Positions 13,205 through 25,139 of a DNA stretch of 64,000 nt are shown here, in pieces; position 1 is the stretch's first letter; each line of letters starts with the position of its first letter. The notes under the pieces were generated by a model. The model saw only the letters and a list, made by a program, of their open reading frames with translations, was not told where the DNA came from and searched no databases. Origin of the DNA: Squalus acanthias (lineage: Eukaryota). The stretch spans positions 59,274,001 through 59,338,000 of the forward strand of contig CM059432.1 in NCBI GenBank assembly GCA_030390025.1. The letters are read 5' to 3'. Made by a program: the position numbers and the translations under genes.

Positions 13205-13463
13205 TACATACAGATCAGAAGGTTCCATATTGGATGCCTCTCGTGTTGAGTTAGCTGATCTCAACTGAGGTTATAGTAAGTGCATTACAATTGGCCTGAG
13301 TGGCCTTTGACTAGGGGGTGGGGAAGAAATCGGCCAGCGTTCCAACTGTTGATTGCTAACCAATGGCCCCTGCTGGAAGTGTACAAGTGTGGACATTGTG
13401 TGAGGATAGGATCAGGATTGGTTAGGATGCCCACACTCTCCATGATTGATAGCTTGACACTCA
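13205..13463 (+). mobile_element. tRNA-derived SINE-like repeat (old)
   Basis: Contains GTTGAGTTAGCTGATCTCA...ACAATTGGCCT...CCCTGCTGGAAG. Reverse-strand relatives are at ~48230-48470 and ~63460-63700, and a 3' part is at ~59290-59430. Confidence 0.55.
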
Positions 13464-13725
13464 GGGCTGGATTTCCCTCTGTTATCCTGCCTCAAATTCT
13501 AAATGAAAGACGAAGGCCTAGTTGAGGCCTCTTCTCCCTCCAGTTTGGTCCCCAAACACTTACTGAGGTCTACAAAGGCGGTAGGTTTATTCATCTTCGA
13601 GGTTCTTCTACTCCTTCAAGGTCTCTTGCCACCACTTCGGGTATTGCAAATGCTGTCCTACTGCAGTGCCACCTCATCGCCACTGGCGGACTCTCTCATA
13701 GCAACAGGAATCCTGCCATGCATCC

Positions 13726-13848
13726 TGTAATCTATTATCACGTGGTTTTGTATGAGCATGTGCAGTTCGCGCTGGCCTAATAAACAAGCACATGGACTAG
13801 CAACTCATCATGTCCTATCCCTCATTTGTTCTACCCAAATATATTACA
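13726..13848 (+). repeat. 5' LTR (123 bp)
   Basis: TGTAA...TTACA with an internal AATAAA; direct repeat of 19516-19640. Confidence 0.95.
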
Positions 13849-14104
13849 TTTTGGTGACGACGATGGAATCCTAAAGCCATTTTTAGGGATCATGGAAGGA
13901 CACAGTGTTCAACCTTCGAGTGGGCAAGTTTAAGGTGAATTTGTGACACCTAAACTGAATTTTTGCAATGTTTTACCGTTAATGCTCATGCAGAATCATT
14001 TGTGCTTCGACTTTGCGTGTATATATACACAACAATAGCGGCTTTGATTTGCACATGTACACAGGTAGCGTGCTGAGTCACTGTTCGATGGGATTGGGAC
14101 AATC

Positions 14105-14956
14105 ATGGCCACGCCTACGGGATTCATCGGAAGCCTCGCCACATATGACCGAGCTCGTGAACCATTCAGTTCTTATATTGAGCGGATGGACATGTTTTTT
14201 TAGGGCCAATAACATTATTGAGACCCAAGGTGCAGATGAGAATGTTTGAGCTCAAAATAAAGTAATTCTTCAATGGAAAAAAACAATTTTTCTAACAGAG
14301 ATCGGGCCAGATGTTTATGGAACGTTAACAAACCTACTCGCGCCAGGGAAAGCGAAGGGTGTGTCGGTTAAAGACACAATGTCATGAAACCCAAGGGCCA
14401 TTTCGACCCAAAGCCTTTAGAAATAGCAGAGAGCTGTAAGTTTGGTACCAGAAACCAAAAACAAAGTAAAACCATCAGTGAGTATATCACAGCTCTTAAG
14501 AACATGTCTTTGCATTGTAATTTCGTCACATTTTTGGATCGTGCGTTGCGCAATATGTTTGTGTGTAGACTGGTGGATGAGCACACACAGTCCAAGTTAC
14601 TGAACACTCAGAACCTAACGTTCCTATCTATGGAGATGGTGTCTAAGAATGCTAGGGAACTCTGTCCAACTCAAGTGACTAATGCAGCTGAGGTCTACAG
14701 TCAAAAAGCCACCACCGAACCTAAAGCTGTGAGACCGAGTCAAAAGCATGTCGGTGACAGCAGTTCAGTGAATTGTTTTCACTGCAATGGAAATCACTCA
14801 CCACAGTCCTGCCAATACAGTAATGCAAAGTGTTTTCACTGCCAGAAGAAAGGTCATATTTCAACAACTTGCAGAGCTAGATCTAAAGCAAGAACTATTC
14901 CAGTGGAAATGCAAAGCAGCAACAACAAAAGGGAGGACTTTACAAACTTGAAATGA
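14105..14956 (+). pseudogene. gag: Gypsy gag with two zinc knuckles, disrupted
   Basis: MATPTGFIGSLATYDRAREPFSSYIERM... N-terminus; CFHCNGNHSPQSC and CFHCQKKGHISTTC knuckles in ORF 14384..14956. Confidence 0.85.
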
Positions 14957-14989
14957 ACACACCTGATGCTGAATAACTAGGCATCTACT

Positions 14990-17900
14990 GTATCTATGCA
15001 GCAGTCGTGAGAAAGACTTCCGTACAAAACTTTTGATCAACGAGCAATACATTGATATGTGTATCGGCACGGCGGCGAACTGCTCTATCATGAGTAAAGA
15101 CGCATATGAGAGTAAGTTTAATCAAATACCACTTACAAAAAGTACAGTGGAGTTAAAAATCTATTCCGGAGAAATCCTAGAGACATGTGGACAAATGGAA
15201 TGTACAGTTCAACATAATGGCCAGTCAGTAAAGCTGCCTATTATTGTAGCGAGCTACAACAACAGGCTAACTCGTATGGGCAAAGACTGGTTGAGAAAGT
15301 TAAAACTAGACTAGAAAAACATCTTCAGTGTAGATGCTTCAAAGAAGCAACTCGACACAATGTTGAACAAGTACGAAAGCATGTTCACAGACAGTTATGA
15401 GAGCATCACTGTGTATGACGCCATATCCGTATCAAGTCCACACGAAGCCTGTCTATTGGTCCCCAAGGCGTTGAAAAGTCAGGTGGAGGAAGAGCTAGCG
15501 AAACTCAGAGAATGGAGTGCTAGTAAAAACTGACACAAGTGAATGGGCTACCCCGATTGTGGTAGTGCCCAAAGCAGACAAAAGTGTGTACTTGTGCGCT
15601 GGCTACAAAGTTACTATCAACCAAGCAGTTGACGATGAGCAGTACCCGTTACCTACATCGGAAGATTTGTATGCAGCACTCTTGGGGGTCAAAGGTCTTT
15701 TCTAAGCTTGACCTGTCGCATGCTTATGCTCAACTGAATGTTGACAAAGAGTCAACAGCATCTCGTCATCAACACACACAAGGGACTGTACTCATACACC
15801 AAGCTGCCGTATGGTGTAAAGTCCTCCCCCAAAATCTTCCAGGCTACGATCAATAAGATTTTGCAAGGAGTTCCAAACTGCTTATACAATCAAGACAATG
15901 TGCTGATCGCAACAAGCTGTGAGGAAGAAAATCTAGATGTGCTAGATATAGTGCTTCAAAGGTTGAATGCCCACGACGTCAAATTAAAAAGGAGCAAATG
16001 TGCTTTTGTGCAGCCTGAGGTTGTGTACTTTGATCTGAAAGTTGATGCAAATGACTTGCAACCAGTGAAGGAAAAGTGTCATCAATGCTCCAAAGCCACA
16101 GAACGTGTCTAAGTTAAGATCTTTCCCTGGAATGGTCCAGTACTACATGCGTTTCTTACCTGAGTTAGCGACCATGTTAGCTCCATTGCGTGAGCTCCTC
16201 AAGAAGGATGTCCAGTGGAAATGGATGAAAGCGCAACAGGAAGCTTATGATGGTTGTAAGAGAAGTCTCTCCAGCGATGCTCTACTTGTGCACTACGACA
16301 GAGCGTGAGCTTAAGTTAGCGTGTGATGCTTCCAGCTACGGTGTAGGAGCTGTCATAAGCCACGTAATGGATGACGGCCAAGAGAAACCAATCATGTTTG
16401 CGTCGTGAACCCTCACAAAGAGCGAAAGAAACTACGCGCAAATTGAAAAGGAAGCACCTGCCATAGTGTTTGGAGTCAAGAAATTCCAACAGTTCCTGAT
16501 CGCAGAACGTTTACCCCGATAACCGATCACAAACTGCTCCTAGCAATATTGGGGCTCAAATCTTCCATCCCTACAATGGCCGCATCAAGAATGCAACATA
16601 GGACAGTGTTGTTGTCATAATAGGACTACGCGATTGAATATTGCACTTCAAAGCAAAACGTTATCACAGATGCCTTGTCCAGTTTGCCACGAGGACTCGT
16701 ATGTTGGGAGTGAAGGTGCGATCTTCATGCTAGGTGCAGTCGACGAAGACTTTCCTGTGACTGCAACTGAGATTGCAGATGAGACTCAAAAGGACTCAGT
16801 ACTGAAAAGAGTGTATGGAAACACCTTGAATGGATGGACTGGTCAGTGGATGGACACAGAATTGAAACCATTCCATAACCATCTTACATAGAACATAGAA
16901 CAGTACAGCACAGTACAGGCCCTTCGGCCCTCGATGTTGTGCCGAGCATTGTCCGAGACCAAGATCAAGCTATCACACTCCCTATCACTCTGGTGTGCTC
17001 CATGTGCTTATCCAATAACCGCTTGAAAGTTCCTAAAGTGTCCGACTCCACTATCACAGCAGGCAGTCCATTCCACACCCCAACCACTCTCTGAGTAAAG
17101 AATCTACCTCGGACATCCCTTCTATATCTCCCCCCATGCACCTTATAGTTATGCCCCCTTGTAACAGCTGCCTCTACCCGAGGAAATAGTCTCTGAACAT
17201 CCACTCTATCTATCCCCCTCATCATCTTATAAACCTCTATTAAGTCGCCTCTCATCCTCCTCCGCTCTAAAGAGAAAAGCCCCAACTCCCTCAATCTTTC
17301 CTCATAAGACCTCCCCCCCAAACCAGGCAGCATCCTGGTAAATCTCCTTTGCACTCTTTCCAATGCTTCTACGTCCTTCCTATAGTGAGGTGACCAGAAC
17401 TGCACACAATATTCCAAATGTGGTCTCACCAAGGTCCTGTACAGTTGCAGCATAACCTCACGGTTCTTAAACTCAAACCCTCTGTTAATAAACGCCAACA
17501 CACCATAGGCCTTCTTTACTGCTCTATCCACTTGAGTGGCAACCTTCAGAGATCTGTGGATATGAACCCCCAGATCCCTCTGCTCCTCCACGTTCCTCAG
17601 AACCCTGCCGTTGACCCTGTAATCCTTATTCAAATTTGCCCTACCAAAATGAATCACCTCGCACTTATCAGGGTTAAATTCCATCTGCCATTTTTCGGCC
17701 CAGCTCTGCATCCTATCAATGTCTCTTTGCAGCCTACAACAGCCCTCCACCTCATCCACTGCTCCACCCATCTTGGTGTCATCAGCAAATTTACTGATCC
17801 ACCCTTCAGTCCCCTCCTCCAAGTCATTGATAAAAATCACAAACAGCAGAGGACCCAGCACCGACCCCTGTGGCACACCGCTGGTAACTGGTCTCCAGTC

Positions 17901-18950
17901 CGAAAATGTTCCATCCACCACCACCCTCTGCCTTCTATGAGATAGCCAGTTACTTATCCAATCGGCCAAATTTCCCTCTATCCCACAACTCCTTACTAAA
18001 TTGTCTCGTGAGCAAGGTCGTATCAAGTGGGGAAACAGAGTGGTGTTACCTGCTTCTTTGAGAGATAGAATTCTGGTCGAACTTGATACTGAACATCCAG
18101 GGACCGTCAGTATGAAATCAATTGCAAGAAGCTTTGTTTACTGGCCTGGATTGGACAGTGATCTTGAATCACTTTCCAGCAAATGCAGCGTTTGCCAAAA
18201 TTGCAGAAACAAACCACCCAAAACTCCACTACAACCCTGGTCATGGCCAAGTAGACCTTTTCAAAGAGTACATGTAGACTTCTGTGAGAAAGCAAATGAT
18301 TATTTCCTGGTACTTGTAGATAGTTACTCAAAGTGGATTAAAGTGAAATACATGGGTTCAAATACTACAACTAAACGTACCATAGATGAGTTGAGGTCTA
18401 TCTTTGCATGTCATGGCTTACCTGAAGAGCTTGTTTCTAACAATGGCCCTCAGTTTCGTTCTGTTCTGTTACAAGAATTCATGAAACGGAACGGAATCAA
18501 ACACACTCACGTTCCACTATATCATCCAGCTTCAAATGGAGCAGCCGAAAGATCAGTCAGAATAGTGAAAGGAGCTCTCAAAAAGCAAGTTTTGCAGGGT
18601 TTTTCGGGACTCAGCATGAAGCAACGTTTGGCAAATTTCTTGCTGAAGTACAGAACTGCTCCGCACACTACAACTGGACATACCCCAGCAGAACTCTTGA
18701 TGAAGAGGAGATTGAGAACATGATTGAGGCTTGTTCAACCGAATTTGGCCTCAAGAGTTGAACAGAAACAGTTGAGTCAGAAACGTCATTATGACACCAA
18801 TTAGAAAGAACGCAGGTTCAAACAAAACGAGTGCGTTCATGTTCTCAGTTCGTGTGTCAGGTCGAGTTCACACAAGTGAGATGTAGAAACCATAGTAGAG
18901 TTTGGTGAAACCAAGAGATATTTGGTTGAAATTGGTGACAACATCTAAGT
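14990..18950 (+). pseudogene. pol: Gypsy pol (protease, RT, RNase H, integrase), multiply frameshifted and interrupted by a CR1
   Basis: WATPIVVVPK, FSKLDLSHAYAQL, LPYGVKSSPKIFQ and ACDASSYGVGAVI motifs; integrase HPG...CSVC, RVHVDF and HPASNGAAER (ORF 18001..18723). Confidence 0.92.
16888..17991 (-). mobile_element. Young 5'-truncated CR1 inserted in Gypsy pol
   Basis: Uninterrupted RT C-terminal frame (ORF 16965..18026: [21 protein letters not shown]), (CTATGTT)n tail and CTTAC at both junctions. Confidence 0.93.
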
Positions 18951-19515
18951 GTTCATGTAAATCAAATGATCTCTGCTAGAGATGAACCAAGATATGATCA
19001 TGAACCACTTGATCATGAACTCATACATGGGTTTGACTCAGTTCAGACTTCAATAACTGAAATACCAGGTTCAAACAAGTCTGAGATGGAAACAGGATCA
19101 TCTTTGAGTTCGGAACCAAAACAACAGTCCAAAAATTGGTTCAACAACGCAACCTTCTGTAAGGAGATCAGGAAGGCTCCACAAACCTGTTATTAAACTG
19201 GATTTGTAGTCCATCTAAAAGAAAAAAAGCCAGGAGTCTTTGTTATGTGGTAGATGTACTATTGAAGAAAGATATTTACTTTATATATGTACCTTATATT
19301 ATATGTTTAAAAACAAAAGAGAATAAGTAAAGCCAACAATATATTAAGGCATATTAATGCTGGAATGTTTGGATATTTGATTGATATTATCTTAAGGTGC
19401 ATATACATCCAAAATTATGCAGTATGATTAAACAGATATACTGAGAAAAATAAGAGCATAGTTTTGTTATATTGGAGAAAAGAATGCAAACACTTTTTAT
19501 TAAGGGGGAAAGCAG

Positions 19516-19640
19516 TGTAATGTATTAACACGAGGTTTTGTATGAGCATGCACAGTTCGTGCTGGCCTAATAAACAAGCACCTGGAACTAGCAACTCATC
19601 ATGTCACTGTCCCTCATTTGTTCGACCCAAATATATTACA
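19516..19640 (+). repeat. 3' LTR (125 bp)
   Basis: Differs from the 5' LTR by 9 substitutions and 2 single-base indels (manual alignment). Confidence 0.95.
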
Positions 19641-19779
19641 CATCCCAAATTACCCTTGACTCAGGAAATTAGGGCAGGGTCAGGTCAAAATCATTCCACC
19701 CCAAAAGGGAAAATCCAGCCTCTCTGCCAGGTACTAACAGTAACTATCTTACACTAATAACTCTTGTCATTCTATCGCA

Positions 19780-19870
19780 GGGGAGTGGGACTAATTGGTA
19801 GCTCTTTCAGAGAGCCAGCACAGGCACATTGGGCTAAGTGGCCTCCTTCTGTGTTGTATGATTCTATAAT
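19780..19870 (+). mobile_element. CR1 3' UTR fragment
   Basis: GGGAGTGGGACTAATTGG...TGGCCTCCTTCTGTGTTGTATGATTCTA. Confidence 0.75.
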
Positions 19871-20523
19871 TCTCTAAACTCCTTGCCTAGATTCAAGGGA
19901 AATGCTCGGATACTAAAATACTGTTCAGAAAGTGAAGACTTCATGTTTTGATTTGCTGCAGTGACAAATGTTTGAAACAAATTTTGAAATGAACATGGTA
20001 GATACAAAGTATCCTGAATGTTACAGATTATTTAAACTCTTGTTGCTTCTCGACAGACAATCAATTATCAGTTGGACAGCACTTCAATGTTTCAACACAT
20101 AGCACCTGCTCATTCCGCTGACGCTATTATAAGTTACTTTTCACATCGTGGAGTGAAGCCTCGCATTTATCAACATCAGCTGTCAATGCAAAAACGACAG
20201 AGCAATGGAAATTGCAGTACAGCATTAATTATAGTGCTGTACATATGGACATCTTGCATCCACATTTAAACAGACATAGCTAGGTGCTCATATGTTAGTT
20301 TGTGTTGCTGGCTGAAGGATCCAGGACACTGGGAAACTTTGTCTACCTGAATGCCAGCTGTCGGATCAGTCATTTCCTTAGTTGCCTTACTGCATCAAAT
20401 CCAAGATACCTGCTAGAATCAATTTAATCAGGGCTCAAAATTAATTGAATTGGTTAGAGCCCTATAAAAAAGTATGTGTGTATGTTGCTGCTTGTTTCAA
20501 GTGTCTCAAAATAATATAACAAT

Positions 20524-21270
20524 GGGCCAAATTTTGCTGAAAAAATAACGGTGTGTGAACAACGCACACCGTTATTAATATGCAAATCAACCAGCAACTT
20601 GTATCAAGGGAGAGACACCCCGTGAATTGAGAATCGCCACAATTTGATGGCCGATTTGCGCCGCTCCACCGTTAGCTTCGCAAAAGCGGCATCTAGCGTT
20701 TAAATTCCCCGTGTGTTTCATGAAGTTGCTAAATTTGCACATTAATTACCTATCAAACGCACCACATAAAGTTAAGTCTAGTAATTAACAGTGTAAGTAC
20801 CCATTTAATGATGTGATTACTGTTAATGACTGTCAATCAACCTCTCTTCCTCCAGAAAGGTGAACAATTAAAAGTGTAGAGTCTCATTCCTTCAGGTTGT
20901 AAATTGTTTTATGAATTTTAAAAATGTCAATTTTTTTTACCTGTCTCTTTTTTTCTCTCTCTTAATCCATTCTTTTTCCCCCCTCTAATTTTTTACTTTC
21001 TGCATCTGATTTGACATTGAATTCAGCCACTCTAATTCACCCTCCTTCTCAGTCCTTACTCTGTTTATTTCTCAAACTTTAGCTGTCAGTGGTTATGGAC
21101 TGTTTGTCCATTTGTTCACCAAGGTCCCAGATGCCCTGTTGCCCTCCCTACTCCGTTATCAGCCCGCATGTCCAGCAACTTGGTGGGCAAAAAAATCTTA
21201 AAACCTAAACATGCATGAACAAGTCTAATGGGCACGCCACAAGATGCCCCGTTCCAGCAAATTCTGGCCC
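20524..21270. mobile_element. Harbinger-type MITE
   Basis: TIRs GGGCCAAATTTTGCTG / CAGCAAATTCTGGCCC (14 of 16 match); TSD not cleanly preserved. A diverged relative lies at ~29080-30260. Confidence 0.65.
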
Positions 21271-21779
21271 ATAAATTTCCTCAGAGTTGCTCTCGCCATT
21301 ACTAAACACTGTCGTAACTTGGCCGACAGTGCAGCAGAAACCGCGTTTACTCTTGTCAACAGTGTTTCCGCCGCAATTCTTGGGAAGTAACGCCAGCTGA
21401 GCGGCTTCAAGGAATTTCCTGGGCCTAGCACCTATACGTTCAAGGAACATTACTATTTCAAGGCCTTATATCAGTGTGATGGGGGTGGAGGAATAGCTGC
21501 TGCTGTAGGAGACCAACACCTACACTGCCTGGTGCATTGTCCCAACAGTAACATCAATGATTTTTTTTTGTGATGGTAACTGCTCAAATCTCTTCAGAGA
21601 TTTAACACATTTTTGCTTATATACAGAATTTGATTTAATAATGTACTCTGCAACAAACAATAAAATGCTGGCTTTTTTAAACATTAAACAGCTGGGTGCA
21701 AAAATTCTCATCCAGTTGGTTGTGGCTCATGCTGGTAGCCAGCATCCTATATGGCTCATTGCTTGACTTGTGTGTAGAT

Positions 21780-22773
21780 TCCAATTACACAAGATATCAA
21801 TAAATTGGTCAGGTGGGCAGAACAGTGGCAAATGGAATTCAATCCGGAGAAGTGTGAGGTAATGCATTTGGGGAGGGCTAACAAGGAAAGGGAATACACA
21901 TTAAATGGTAGGACACTGAGTAGTGTAGAGGAACACAGGGACCTTGGAGTGCATGTCTACAGATCCCTGAAGGTAGCAGGCCAAGTAGATAAGGTGGTTA
22001 AGAAGGCATACAGAATGCTTGCCTTTATTAGCCGTGACATAGAATACAAGAGCAGGAGGGTTATGCTTCACAAAAAGAAAATACTGCAGATGCTGGAAAT
22101 CTGAAATAAAAACAGAAAATGCTGGAGATACTCAGCAGGTCAGGCAGCATCTGTGAAGAGAGAAACAGAGTTAACATTGCAGGGGTTATGCTTCAACTGT
22201 ATAAAACACTAGTTAGGCCTCAGCTAGAGTACTGCGTGCAGTTCTGGTCACCACATTACAGGAAAGATGTGATTGCACTTAGAGAGGGTACAGAGGAGAT
22301 TTACAAGGATGTTGCTGGGAGTAGAGAATCTTAGCTATGAGGAAAGACTGGATAGGCTGGGTCTGTTTTCCTTGGAACAGAGGAGGCTGAGGGGAGACCT
22401 TATTGAGGTGTATAAAATTATGAGGGGCATAGATAAAGTGGATAGAAAGGACCTATTTCCCTTAGCAGAGGGGTCAAAAACCAGGGGGCACAGATTTAAA
22501 AGTAATTGGGGGAAGGTTTAAAGGGGATTTGAGGGGAAATTTCTTCACCCAGAGGGTTGTGGGGGTCTGGAATTCGCTGCCTGAAATGGTGGTAGAGGCA
22601 GGAACCCTAACCACATTTAAAAAGTACTTGGATGTGCACTTGGGATGCTCTGATCTGCAGGGTTACGGACCAAGAGCTGGGAAGTGGGATTAGGCTGGAT
22701 AGCTCTTTGTTGGCCAACGCGGACACGATGGGCCGAAATGGCCTCCTTCCGTGCTGTAACTTTCTATGATTCT
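21780..22773 (+). mobile_element. CR1 3' portion
   Basis: ORFs 21805..22521 (WQMEFNPEKC, RPQLEYC, RRLRGDLI) and tail TTCTATGATTCT. Confidence 0.9.
22071..22178 (-). mobile_element. Penelope-like element terminal repeat fragment inserted in CR1
   Basis: Same sequence as 34226-34363, flanked by duplicated CR1 target GCAGG(A)GGGTTATGCTTCA (22052-22070, 22179-22195). Confidence 0.75.
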
Positions 22774-24114
22774 AATTCTGCAGAGAAAAGCCAATCGTCC
22801 ACTTGTGATTGCTGGTGAGTGGAGGTTTCTTACAATTAACCTACTTATTGTTTCCAAATGTACATCCAATTAGGTTTAGGCTTCTTTTAAAACACACTAA
22901 AAGGACGTAATACAAATGACGCGAAGAGACTCAAAGACAGAGTGCAACACTCTCCTGAATCACAAATTTGCAATTGATAGTAAAAATATTTCAATATGAC
23001 TTTCAGGGAAAAGCAGAACAAAGAAGCAGCAATGTGCAGTTCAGACCTGCGCATCTTTATTAAAACATTTAATCTCATTTGCAAAGTTGGGCACCTCACT
23101 TACAGTGTGAGCTGATTGGTAACAAATGAACAATTAGGTTATCACCAAATAAAACTGGAATAACATTCAATTAATATTGAGTTATGGTAAAAAAAAAGTG
23201 TCGTCATGTTTTACATAAGGATGGTTTATATGTGCAGCGTGATTGTTTCCAACTATCTGTGTGGCTGGATAATCAAATGGCTGATTTTATAGTATAGACC
23301 AGTAATATCTGGTCCAGGAATTTCTTCAGGGCTTCTTTGGCGGAAGTTTGGCAGAAACTCTGGAGTGGGAGAAGCTCCAGGTGTCGGCCTTTTCACTTTG
23401 TTTGCATGTAAGGATATGCCAAATAGAACAAAAATAATTATATTGTGTAACTGCCAGTTGTGAAAAGCTCAGCCTGTTATATAAAAAAAAGCAAGAAAAG
23501 AAACAGAAAAAAGGCAAAATAAATGTGTATGTTTTAGACTACAGGCAAGTAATTATGGTAAACACATATTTTATATAAATATCAGTTCTAAAGGGCTACA
23601 CATTGCAGTGTCGGCTGCAAAATGAGGAAGCTATAAAGATTAAATGCTTTTTTCACACACCTGGTCCTCTTTGGGGATGAAAAACAAGGCACTATGTATT
23701 AGTGGCACATAATAAACAAAATGGTCACATGTCACATCTAATCCAAGAAAGTTTATGGTGAAAGGAGAGGGAAATGGAAACTGTCTTCATTATATGGAAT
23801 GGAAATATTAACAAGCACATAAAAAGAGCCCAAAGAATAAGCAAATTCAACCTATTATAAACTGTACATTGGAATCTTTCCATACAAATAACTTGGATAG
23901 ATGTTGGTTTGGGAAAGTCACAAGCAGCATAATTCAAAAAGTAGGGCATTGTTTTTAAGAAGTAAATCCAATGTTAAAGGGTGCGAGCTCTTTGGAGTCA
24001 AGACAACAAGTGAGTGGTGGCTCACCTGTGACTTATAGAGGAATTCATTGGTAATGTCTATGGCTCAAACCTTATTACTATCCACTCCTTGGCCTTGGTT
24101 CAGTTTGAGACACT

Positions 24115-24833
24115 GGGCTGGATTTTCAATGACCCATGGAGTTGGGTTTGGAGGCGTGTGGGGGGTTAAAGTTGCGGGGTCGGGGGTCCCGACCCCATCC
24201 CGACTCCAACACGCCTCCATGCAATTTTGACAAAATCGGTCGTGGGGTTCCCGACTCCGTCCCGCCTCCAAGAGGTGGGAGAGGCCATTAAAGCCCTTAA
24301 CGAGCCCTAAATTGGCTCTGTAATGCCATTTTGAAACGTTTTAACTAGTTTAACCCTTTTCCGACGTGAAGTACGCCTGATGTGAAACACTCCAGTGAAA
24401 CCTGGCGGGAGCACAAGTGGATAGCTGACTATCAGCTGGAGGTCCACTATTACAACGGAGATGTGATGAAGGTAGTAGTAGTATTGTGATGGGTAGTAGT
24501 ATTAGGTCTGAAAGTCACCTCTGATGATGCTGCTGCATTGTTTTCTCTCTCTCTCTCCACTCACAGCAAAGGCCAGACAGGTCCACTCACAGCAAAGGCC
24601 AGACAGGTCCACTCACAGCAAAGGCCAGGCAATCTCTGAGACCAGGCAGCCTGCAATGATGACATCATCAGAGGCGACTTTCCCACTGAAACCACTAATT
24701 GGTTCATGGGTTCCCACATGCTGGAACTCAATTGCCCAATTAAGTGAAAATTGCATCATTCATCCACGTTAATCTGGAGTCGGGGGGGAAACACGAAATG
24801 CGGCTAACACGACCCCAAGACAAAATCCAGCCC
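24115..24833. mobile_element. Harbinger-type MITE, copy 1
   Basis: Perfect 12-bp TIR GGGCTGGATTTT, TSD ACT (24112-24114, 24834-24836); near-identical inverted copy at 44408-45293. Confidence 0.88.
24557..24628 (+). repeat. 26-bp tandem repeat (~2.8 copies) inside the MITE
   Basis: Unit CCACTCACAGCAAAGGCCAGACAGGT starts at 24557, 24583 and 24609. Confidence 0.9.
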
Positions 24834-25139
24834 ACTACTTCTAATTTGGGATTGGAATGTAGACAAAGTAGGAGCTCCTTGTGATAAAGATGAAGAAAAC
24901 CTCTATCTGCTGCTTCTGGTTTCATTCCTTACAGAATTGTTCCAGTGATGGTAATTAGAGGCAGAGGCAGTAAGATAATGGTGTGGATGACAGAACACAT
25001 CCTGTACATAGGGAATATACTTTTAGAACATCCAATATTCAGTCTAAATATGTTAAGTGTATCAAAACAATGTTTCTCCTTTTTCAAATCTCCAACATAT
25101 ATGTCTATGGTTTATAAGGTGCCCAACTTAGCCCACCAC

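Larger units (their letters stand above)
13726..19640 (+). mobile_element. Complete, decayed Ty3/Gypsy LTR retrotransposon (Mag/K02A2.6-like)
   Basis: Paired TG...CA LTRs, TSD CATCC (13721-13725, 19641-19645), PBS-like TGGTGACGA at 13852, PPT AAGGGGGAAAGCAG at 19502-19515, and gag-PR-RT-RH-IN domain order. Confidence 0.95.
13464..19720. mobile_element. Harbinger-type MITE (~340 bp) split by the Gypsy insertion
   Basis: Termini GGGCTGGATTTCCCT (13464) and AGGGAAAATCCAGCC (ends 19720), plus a subterminal inverted match TCCTGCCTCAAATT / AATTAGGGCAGGG. Confidence 0.6.

Noticed and set aside
16965..18026. 353-aa ORF as an intact RT gene
   Set aside because: It is a 5'-truncated CR1; the first residues come from antisense Gypsy sequence, and the endonuclease and N-terminal RT are absent.
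24557..24628. Short direct repeats as a CRISPR-like array (also 59200-59280 and 61090-61520)
   Set aside because: The units are contiguous with no unique spacers, there are no cas genes, and the context is eukaryotic.
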